DNA of 64,000 nucleotides, taken from Vicugna vicugna (Eukaryota). The translations under genes were made by a program, and so were the position numbers. Shown here one piece after another: positions 54,075-64,000 of the stretch (positions are counted from its first letter, which is position 1; each line of letters starts with the position of its first letter). Below the pieces are notes generated by a model. The model made no database searches and had not been told where the DNA came from. It was given only the letters and a program-made list of their open reading frames with translations. The stretch covers positions 6,075,260 to 6,139,259 of the forward strand of contig MU058844.1 of assembly GCA_013265495.1 (NCBI GenBank). Direction: 5' to 3'.

Positions 54075-54328
54075 TAGCCATGGAGAGAAGTGGCGGGGAT
54101 GTGGACCCTGGAGTCTGAGCCTGAAGCTGAGCTCTGCCAGTTTTTAACTCTGTTGCCCCAGGACAGTAGTTTTCACTCCTCTGTGCCTCCATTTCTTCCC
54201 ATATAAAATAGGGATAATATTAGTATCTACTTCATAGCATCGCTTTGACAATTAAGTGTGTTAATACATGTAAAGCACTCAGAATAATGCCTAGTACATA
54301 ACCACCAAATGTTAGCTCTAATTATTTA
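54075..54328 (+). mobile_element. MIR SINE, near full length
   Basis: CTGGAGTCTGA...CTCTGTGCCTCCATTTCTTCCCATATAAAATAGGGATAAT...CATGTAAAGCACTCAGAA. Confidence 0.85.
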
Positions 54329-56799
54329 GACAATCATCTGCTGCGCTGGAGGAAAATTGGAATTCTTAGAGAGAGAAGTCTGCAGTAACTGCTCACCGGT
54401 GTTATCCACACACGGAAAATCATATTAACACGGTAACACTAGAAATACCACTGAGTAACCAACAGAGTGCTTGCTTTTCCAGTGCTTTATATTTACTCAT
54501 TAAATCCTCACAAAAAACCTTTGAGGCAGGTACTATAATTATTCCCTTTTGCAGATGAGAGAATATCTAGATTAAATAACAAAATGGGCCTCAGGTATCA
54601 AATGAGCTGTAGAAGCTTTTTCTGGACTGAAATTACAATGAACTCTACAGCCTCTGTCATCTGTTCCAAATCTCATTCATATGTTAGCATGTTTGGTTAA
54701 AGCTGTGAGCAAATTAGAGCATTAAGTAAATACTGCAGAGGTAATATACTTATTAGGAATTTTGCATAATCTAAATTAATGATGATATGAGAAAGAAACA
54801 CCTAGGATCAACAGATAAGAAAGGAAAGCTAGGCTGAAGAGTAGGGGCTTTGTTGTGTCTGCATGAGGGAGTCATGTAGTGGACGCAGTGTTCAGGTGCT
54901 CTCAGTGGTGAACACATGATGTCTCTGCCTGCGTCATTACAGAACTTTGTGACTATGCTGCACTCTTCTGATGGTGCACAACTTATGCCGCAACAAAATT
55001 ATCAAATGCAATTTGCTATCTCCTCAGGGAAGAGTAACAGGCCCATACCACCTGCCACATTAACCTTTCCTTGTTTTTCGTATTAAAGTTTTGGCCTCCT
55101 GTTCACTTTTCCTTTCCTTATTGCTCATAAACATTCAATCTCCATAGGCTTTGCTGAAATTTGCAAATTTTTCCAGAGCGGCAATCCCAGTTGGTGTCTC
55201 ACTCGCTTTTTTCCCTCCTTATCTCGGATATGCAAGTCACCATCTGCTGTTTGAAATTGCATTGTTGCCAGCATAAACTGTTAGAGGTATGCTAAAAAGA
55301 TTCAAATCTGTTACTACCCTACAGAGGAAAAAAAACCTGTTTTAAAAATTTGTAAAGGTTGCTTTATATGAAATGCTTGACTTATTTCCATTTGAGGAAA
55401 CTTTCAAAGGACTAGGATTGCGAAACACTGATAATATGACATACAGGCATCCAGCCTAGAAATAAGTACCTCACTGAAAGATGTGTTGTTATTGTTGGTC
55501 TAAGGCTCTGAAGTCACACAACAGAAGGAACTCTGTAAGTTTGGTTTTATTATTTTTTGTGTGTGTTTATAATTCTAATCAAAGTAGTTCTTGTTTCATG
55601 TAACATCCCTATTGTTAGGCTCATTACTATTTCTACAGAGCAGCCTCCACTTAAGTTCTTTGTTAATAACTAGAGACAACCTGTCAGCCTAGTAAGTGCT
55701 TGGAATTTGTAATCTTTAATAAGAGGATGCTCCTCTGACAAAGCTTTGCAGCGTCTGGATACAAGGGCTATTCCTGCCAACTTGATTTGACTACTGGACT
55801 GCAATCGAAGAGAATGTCTTTCTTAGGAACCTGGAATACATGAGATCACACCTCTGTCACTAGAGCTGCATAACATTTATCAACTGATGCTAGAGTGTAG
55901 AAATGATCATTATAGCTTGTCTTACAGAAGATCATTTGAGATTTAGGACCCAAGTTACTTGTTACCAATGATTAAATAGGTGATTTCCATTTTTAAAACA
56001 TATTCGGGAGAAAGCTATCCGTCTGAGAAGCAGAGGAAGACAGGGTACCTCTGTCTTCCACCTTACAGACTCCTTGGCAAAGTCAGTCTTCAGCCAAGAA
56101 AATAAGTATCTTCCTAAAGCAGCATCCCAGCGCCCAAAAAGTCAGTTACCAAATCGCTTCCTTTCTCTGCACTAGTAACTGAAAGGCTTCTGATAAGCAC
56201 TTTCAAGAAAAATAATAAAATCTCATTAAAAGAAGGGAAGTCAGTGTCATCAGAGAATCTTCTGGAGTCTAATATGGTCGAGGCACTTGAGAGCAGAAAT
56301 GAAAAACAAAGTTACACAACATAAAAACACTAAATGTCCAGAAGGCATTTACCATTTAAGCATGCTGTTTTGGAGGCTGGGACAGTGATGAAAGTAAGTT
56401 GATTGAAAGGAATCTGTAATTGAGATCTTGGCATGTTTGAATCTGTGTAATTTAAAGACTAAGAGTGGGGGGAACCTAGACTTAGAGCGTGACTGCCTGG
56501 CCCAAGCCCAGGGCAGTGCTGCACAATTTAGGGTGCTCACTGGTCCAGATCTCCTGAATCCGTTTCATGGTGGCTCTGCTTCCCATCTTCTCTCACAAAC
56601 AGGAAATTGAGAGGCACAAGATTTGCTTATCTGTACAATTTTGCTGGAAGTGTACTGGGACTTACCCAGCTGTGCTCCCTTGGAGAGTTTAAAACTTTAC
56701 TCCTAGGGCAGAAGAAAAGAAAAATAGCATTCTGAGGTTCTCCACTGTGGCACAAAGTAAATGCTCACAATTTCTATTGAATGAATGAATAAATATGCC

Positions 56800-57395
56800 A
56801 GAGAGAGTGATGGGGATGAAGACCTGATTAGTGAGTTAAAGGAAGAAGAGAAAGAAGGGATGGGGAGACAGCAAAGGAGGCAACACCGCTGAAGAGTTTT
56901 GCTATAAAAGGAATAAAAGAAATGGAATAGGAGCTTCAGAGGAAAGTAAGGTGAACTGGATTTCATTTTAAAAATTATTTTTTAGGTGGATCTACTCCAG
57001 CATGTTTGTGTTTGGATAGGAATGCTTCAGCAGAGAGAGAAAAATTACTTGCGGAAAAGTGAGAGGGAGAAAGTACTAGAGCAGTGTCCTTCAGTGGGTG
57101 AGAAGTGCTGGTCACGAACAGAGAGGCTGGCTTTAGGTGAGAGCACTGGCTCATCCTCTGTCCATTGGTTACAGGAAACTAAAGAATATGTGGAAGCAGA
57201 TGGATGCAGGCAAGTAGATGCTGGAGCATTAAAGAGCTCTCCTCTGATTCCTTCTGTTTTCCAAATGGAAAAAGAATGGATATCATCAGCACAGAATAAG
57301 ACACAAGAGGTATTTCAGATTTAAGGAGAGGGAAAAGGGTATGAAATTATCTAGGAGGTAGGAGATTGAATGAACTGAAACATACTAAAATTGCA
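56800..57395 (-). mobile_element. L2 fragment
   Basis: GAAGAGTTTTGCTATAAAAGG...AGAAATGG...CAGCATGTTTGTG motifs. Confidence 0.7.
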
Positions 57396-60344
57396 CAAAG
57401 ACCATAACAAAATTATTGGATATTTCTTTAAAAGATATTTTCTTACCTTCTCTATCCACTAGATTTATTTAGAACTTGAAACTAGGTTTACAATGAAAAA
57501 ATTTTACTCTGTAAGAAAACGTCATATTTTCCCCAGTAGTGTTTCAAAGTTACATGTTCTCACAGAGCAATGTTGCTATAGACTTTCTCAATCATATTAA
57601 TCTTTTATAAATATAACTGAATTGGTATATATAGTTACTCAGTGTTACTGTTCCTACCAAGGAGTGGCTATTCTCAAAACCTGGACTTTATAAGTCACCA
57701 TATAAAGCAGTGAAATATTAGGCACACTTGAATTCAATCACATCGACTTTTAGTATTAAAGTATTACATTGTGTTATCACTTTGGAATTTTGAATGCTTA
57801 TATTTTGATTTTACTATCTTTTTTGTGAATATGAAAGATAAAACTTCCAAAAATCGTAACAAGAAAAATAAACTCTGGAAACAGTGAGTATCTTGGGCTT
57901 TTAGGAATGATCTTAATTTCCTCAAGATGTTTTCTTCAAAGTTTTATTTGCCTGTTCTTGAAACCTGGAAGGGGAAAAAAAAGTGGGGAATATGGCTAAA
58001 GAATATTTTACATGAGTAAATTTTTCTATCCAGTGAATTATTTTATGTACTGTTACATAAAGTATCAAATATAAAACTGTTCTTATCTGCTTAAAATTGT
58101 TTTATGAAAATTTGGGGAACTATAAAAAGATAAATATGGTAAACAAATCTCAGATAAAGAACCCAACAGTTAAAAATTAACACATTTCAGCCCCTGACTC
58201 CTGGCTTAATTTACTAATCTTTCTTTAGACTGAAATTGCTTCCCATAATTTCCGGCTACATGAACTGTAATTTTTTTTTTTTTTTGCGATTCTTTATGGT
58301 AGGAACCTTAATAGAGAATGTAATTATTATTTTCACTCGTGTGTGGAATGCACGCAGGATTTATAATGAACTTTCATATGTTCAAAGCCATTACCATTGT
58401 TAGTTACATATGATATACTCTTTCAGGAATGTTAATGCCTCATTTGAGGAAACTGAGGCATAAAACTTATTCAGGCAGTGAGCGGCAAAGAAAAAACTAG
58501 CAGTTTAGTTTTGCAATCTTGATCCCAGAGAAAAATGAATAATGGGAGTTATTTTATCTCTTCTGATCTTTTATCCACCATTCAGTTTTTTTTTCCCCCT
58601 GAGGCATTGAGAGATTTTAGAAACTAGTCTTAGGACACGTGCTAAGATTGTCCTGTAAATACTCGTAAGAATTCCGGCCTCAGTACAGCCTGACATGTAT
58701 CAGTCAGGCACACAATGGGCTGGCACGTGCTGAATGTGAAATGAGTAAGAGTTTATCTTAGTGCCCGGTTTCAGGGAGAGACTGAATATCCTCCTACTTC
58801 TGTGTCATTGTACCCCAGCAGTTACTGCATTTCTTCACTGGCAGAAATGGCAGTGGCCTAGTAAGGGGCCTTGCACTGACTGCCCTTACATACAAGTTGA
58901 AGCCAAAGACATTCTCTTGGGGAGAAAAGTGAGATTCAAAGAGCAATAGGGAGTCTCAGCAAGGAAAACGCTAGAAGCTAAATTCAAAAGAGTTGCACAT
59001 TGCACAGGAGAAGGTTGTAAAGCTAAGGGGAATGCCAGATGGGATAATGTCTTGGTTGCACATGAAGCAGAAGAAGGCAAAAGCACAAAGTGGTGGGAAA
59101 TACACATATATTCATTTAAATATTTGAGTGAGAAGGTGTATTAGAAGAGGAAATTCCCGGTAGGGATATTTTATTTGATCAGATTGATAAATGTGTTATG
59201 CTGGGAAAATATAAAGGTAAATATTTATAACTTAGTCCAATCAAATGACTTTGACATATGTAATGGAGTGTGGTTCCTAAGATATATCTGTTCAGGTGTT
59301 TCCACTTGATATAGAATTATTGATGATAACTTGATTCCAAAGGAAACACGCCTGGCATTATTAGACATTCACAAGATTTATTGCATAGTATGTATTTTGA
59401 TGTTTGAGGACCATTTTCTCAGAGCTTTCACTTTGAGAGAAGAATAAGGAACAGAAAGCACGGATTATTATCTCAGGTATAGGCTGAGTTGTCTTCCTCC
59501 AAAAGCCATCCAGTCTGTGGTATTTTGTTACCGCAGCCCTAGCAAACTAATATGATCTTCCAGTGGGCATTTAAGTTGATCCGTATATTGCTAAATAGCC
59601 AAGCGTTCAGAAGCAGAGTCTGGGGAAAAGTAAGGAAACACAAATGTCACTATCAAGGGGGATTGCACCCCCTTGAGAGGAGAGGGAAAGGAAGAGATGC
59701 TAGAGACTTTATGGAGGAAGTGACATTTGGACCTTGGAGATACTCTGTTTTTCTATTTTCACAAGACAGAGCTGCCAAGTGCTATCATTCAGGCAGCACT
59801 GTACACTGAGACCCAGTCTATTAAAACCCAAACCCACAAGTCCTCTTATTTTGGGAAAAAGGTGGTTCAAGTCATGGGACTCATCTCAAAGTCCAGCAGA
59901 AAATACTGGTCAGAACCCACTGGGTGACAGCAAATCTCCAAGGATAATCAGGACTCTTGACAGAACTATCGATTTGGGCCAAATGTCTTCAGTCAGTAGA
60001 TGAGACACTGCTACATGACACAGTAATCATTGACATAGTTAAATTTGAAACTAGATTTAGCATATTCAATTTTATTTATCTGTACTAGACCCTACTGACA
60101 GGCGATATTTCTGTTTTAGCGAGGGTTCTCTCTGTTACCTCCTCCCAAATGGCTGAGGCAAAAAGAAGGTAATTTCTTGACTCATATGACTGAGATCCAG
60201 GCGGCATGATGCCTGTCCAGGTGCAACTTGAGTTCAATCTCAAATGGCGTCTCAGGAGTTCATCCCTGCCCTCTGCTCCCTCTGGGGCTGCTGTTTTCTC
60301 AGTTGAAAGACAACACTCTTAACAACTATACTTTTTAACAACCT

Positions 60345-60672
60345 ACTGAGGTTTCTTTTTATAGTAAAATGTCCTTTTTAAAGGGTATGATTTGATGAGC
60401 TTTGACACATGTACATATGTATGTATATATAAAACTATCATCACAATCAAAATAGCAAACATGTTCATCACCCACAAAAGTACTCTCATGCCCCTTTATA
60501 ATCTATTCCTCTCTTCACTCTCGTCTCTTTTGTCACAATTATAGGCAATCATTGATCTGCTCTTTGTTATTATAGATTACTCTGCAATTTCTAGATTTTA
60601 TGTAAACAGATAATAGTGTATAGAGTACGTTCCCTTTTACTGCTTGACTCTTTCACCCAACATAATTATCTT
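60345..60672 (-). mobile_element. L1MB/MC-like 3' end
   Basis: TTTGATGAGCTTTGACACATGTA...ATCACAATCAAAATAGCAAACATG...GGCAATCATTGATCTGCT. Confidence 0.8.
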
Positions 60673-60784
60673 CTTAAGTACCACTCAGTTAATGGTACTT
60701 AGTATTCATTAACTTCAGATACTTTTGTTAAGAAAAGTAAATAAGTAAATGGATGAGTGAACGAATGAATAAAATCTCTAGTCT

Positions 60785-61441
60785 TGTTGCTGATAGATAT
60801 AGGCAGCGTGCAAGTTCTTGTCCTGTCCCAGAAAGAATTCAGAGACAGGAGGTGGAGGTTACCAGAGTAAAGTGGGGTTTGTTAATGGATGGGTAGTTCA
60901 CTCTCAAGAGGACAGCGGGGCAGGCTCAGGTGAGCGGCTGCCCTGAGTTTCTTTGGCAAGTTGTTCACATAGAGTGTAAAAATGAGTGGGCGGAGTATTC
61001 ATTGGAGAGGGAAGGGTTTGGAGTCATAGCCCCTGATTTTCATCCCAACTCCACCTTCCTGAAAGGAGGAGGGAATTTTGACCTTGTTTACTCTGGATGG
61101 GAAGTGTTATGATGTCAGTGCACAATGGGTACTTCTAATCTGCAAGGCTAATTTTATTGGAAAGAGGGCATAATGAGCAAAAGATTACATTCAGACACTG
61201 GAGAGTCTTACCCTTTCCCACCTTTCTTTGTAGGCCTCTAGGCCTCTTGTCACCCCAAGAAGTGGGACCACTGATCAGCCCAGAGGTTCTTGCTTTTCCT
61301 TCTCTGCCCAGGGACCGCTGGTGCTGACATGATGTATGGCTTCTTATATTTGGCCTGTGCCCCTCTTTTCTGCCCAATTCCTGCCATTTGGCCTGTGTCC
61401 CCCTTTCTCTGCTCATATCTAGCTATCTGCCTGCTCTAGCA
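60785..61441 (-). mobile_element. ERV1-class solo LTR, complete and well preserved
   Basis: TG...CA termini with perfect 4-bp TSD GTCT (60781-60784 and 61442-61445); higher GC than the flanks. Confidence 0.88.
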
Positions 61442-61909
61442 GTCTTAGAAGCCTGTGATTCTCAATTAAAACAGTCCAGAAAGAAAATTGTATCACAGTA
61501 TTTCCTAATTTGTGACAAAAATAAGAAACTAAATTTTGAAAATATCACTTTCAATTTCTTCACCAAACATTTTGTTTGCACTTCTATTTAAGTAGTTTAT
61601 CCTACTTTCAAATTCTTTTCTTGGTCTTAAATAACAATATAAAATTCAAATCAAATTCAATATCAAACTCAAGTGTCTGATTATGATTGATGATTTTAGA
61701 AAATGATATTCAATCAGGTATTTTGTTTTTTTCTTTTTTTCTCTTATAAAAAAATTAACAGAAACCGAGTAGTTCATACAACTTCAAAGCAGCAGGATAG
61801 CAAAAGCAAGATAAATGCAAATTTATTTACTGTAAGAAGAAGAGCAATGTCATTAATTTAAAAAAATCTCTCATTTGATGTTAAAATTATCAATCATTGT
61901 TATTCAGAT

Positions 61910-62430
61910 ACTGAAAGATTGAATAGACAAATGGACGATATACAAAAATAAGATTATGACCCACAGTCTGCAGCAAAAAGCCCAGGAAACCAACCCATTC
62001 TCTGCAGTAACCAGCTCAGGAAGCCGGCCTGCTATCTGTGAGTCAGACTTCTAGGGAGTCAGACCACCATCTCTAGTAACAGTCTAGGAAGCTAAACAAT
62101 AGCCCCTTAACAATTGGTCTCAAATGGTCAGGACTTGATTAATAGCTGAGAGCTTGCCTAATTCTGTCTCCACCTGCAACTTAAGACCAGCGAGAGAAAC
62201 CCAGATACACACCCGTAACCAGTCACATAGGGTGTCCAGCGTCTAGGGAGCCCGCCTGCAGCTTCCTCACGCCCAAGGCTGTTTCAATCAAGGCATGAGC
62301 CTTCTCTTCGCTATAAAACTTTCCCACTCCTCTCTCTGACTCTGAGTCTCTGCCAAAACACAAGTGATGGTGGCCGATTCTTGTGCTATAGCACGTTCTG
62401 AACAACTACCCTTTGTTTGTTCTTACATAA
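61910..62430 (+). mobile_element. ERV1-class LTR (MER90/MER110-like)
   Basis: Repeated CAGGAAG/GTCAGAC units, CTATAAAA near 62311, GAGTCTCTGCCAAAACACAAGTGATGG. Confidence 0.65.
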
Positions 62431-63074
62431 CCTTTTTGGGTAAAAGAGCCAAACAAAGGGTGAACTCCTTAAAACTAGTGGCTGTTTCTGTGAGTTTACT
62501 TCCAATAGCTGAGTCTCTTAAACCATAAGCACTCAATATATGTAGCTACTGAACAATTTATTTACAATCCTAAACTTCTATCACCTTTCCTCATTTATTT
62601 GTGGAGATAATGTGGATCGCATAGGGCATTTTCAGTGATGAGCAATAACTGAGGTGTGTGAACATGTTCAGTTTGGCATAAATTGAAAACATACCAATGA
62701 TTATTCTCTAAAGACAGAAAATAGCTGCAACATTTTGTTAAAGTACAAAGCATGGAAGTAATTGGTGCGGAATTATGTGTGTCACATATGCATTCAGTCC
62801 ACTGAGACTGAAGTTCACCCGCAAAGTCAAACAGACGAACTACATTTTTAGCTTAACTTGGTTCAGGAAATGACTGTAGAACCATAGGTTTATCAGATAA
62901 AGCAGTTTAAATTGAGTTCTTTGACATGTAGGTTGATATGATGCTTGATTTCTTAGGTTCAAGACTAAAGTTTTAATTCCAAATTGTATTTTTCTCATTG
63001 TTACTAAAGGGGTTTACATTCATTTTTTTTCCATTTAAATATAATTTTTAAGTCTTTTACCCAGTAGAGCTGAT

Positions 63075-63223
63075 TTTTTGTATGAACTCATGAAACCATC
63101 ACCATAATCTAAGCCAAAAACATATCCACCACCTCCAAGACTTTCCTCTTGCCCTTCTTATTTATTTGTTACTTTTATTTTTGTTGACTAAAAACATTTA
63201 ATGTAAGATTCACCCTCTGAGCA
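63075..63223 (-). mobile_element. Short L1MA/MB-like 3' UTR piece flanked by a 14-bp direct repeat
   Basis: GAAACCATCACCATAATC...AACATATCCACCACCTCC; flanks CCAGTAGAGCTGAT (63061-63074) and CCAGTAGAGTTGAT (63224-63237). Confidence 0.7.
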
Positions 63224-63751
63224 CCAGTAGAGTTGATATTATTTAAAGTATCATCAAGCATTCATATAAATAGTTCAGTAGTTTAAAAGCTGGTTTATAC
63301 CTAAGGTAAACTGACTAAAATTGTATTAGCAGCTTATTTGTTAATATTAATATTAGAGTCTTATTTGACACAATAGAAAAAAACAGTATAACACCAGTCT
63401 AGATTCCAGCTCTGTCTTTGTCTTAACTGCCTGAGATGGGGATAAGTGGATAGCATCATTATAAAATGAATTGGCTAGATGATATCTAAGATTTCTTTAT
63501 GTTCTTGCACTAGTATTTTTAAATGATTTGAGAATTTGCTTCAAATCATACTGTTCTTGATATGAATATCATCATAACTGGAAAGGACTGAATATTGAGC
63601 AAGTGGATTTAGGAACAGTCAACATTGGATTAGTTAGCATCTGATTACCTAGGTTGTAAATTTTACACACCCTGATCTTTTCTCTGTCTGCCTGGCGTTT
63701 CACAATGTTTCTCTTTCGAAGGCTGCCTTTGTCACTTCAAATGCCTCAGTC

Positions 63752-64000
63752 GAGAGCTGAACTAACTGGTATGGGAGCCAGTAGCCACATGTGGCTATTC
63801 ACCACTTGAAATGCAGCTAGTGCTACTGAAAGCTGAAATGTTTGTTTTAATTAATTTAAATTTAAATACTTCTACTCAATTCAGTTATTGGAAAACTATT
63901 GGAATGACTTCGGTATGTGAATCTACTTTTTCAACTGTAAATTTTGTAACATCTAAATATAGAACACATACTTCTGATAAAAATTTAATGTCTAAATTGA
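63752..64000. mobile_element. hAT Charlie1-like element, cut by window end
   Basis: TAGCCACATGTGGCTATT...ATTCAGTTATTGGAAAAC...GTATGTGAATCTACTTTTTCAACTGTAAATTTT. Confidence 0.85.

Noticed and set aside
1..64000. CRISPR array, operon or prokaryotic defence system
   Set aside because: No regularly spaced repeats and no gene-dense ORFs; the content is mammalian interspersed repeats

Overview
AT-rich, repeat-dense mammalian nuclear DNA, not prokaryotic. It is very probably a camelid, judged from a tRNA-derived SINE and L1 3' ends that resemble camelid families. I see no recognisable intact protein-coding gene, RNA gene or CRISPR array. The window is mostly transposon fossils (MIR, L2, CR1/L3, old and young L1, MaLR/ERVL/ERV1 LTRs, Tigger and hAT elements) plus a 5'-truncated RPL32 processed pseudogene at about 31.8-32.1 kb. 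Beyond the repeats there are three local duplications (37.0 kb, 39.8/40.8 kb, 43.2 kb), one with hairpins at its junctions, a CpG-enriched promoter-like patch near 29.4-30.3 kb, and several minus-strand exon-like segments that could belong to an unannotated spliced transcript (speculative). I found no convincing new biological system. Repeat family names come from recalled consensus motifs, and boundaries without a target-site duplication (TSD) are approximate.
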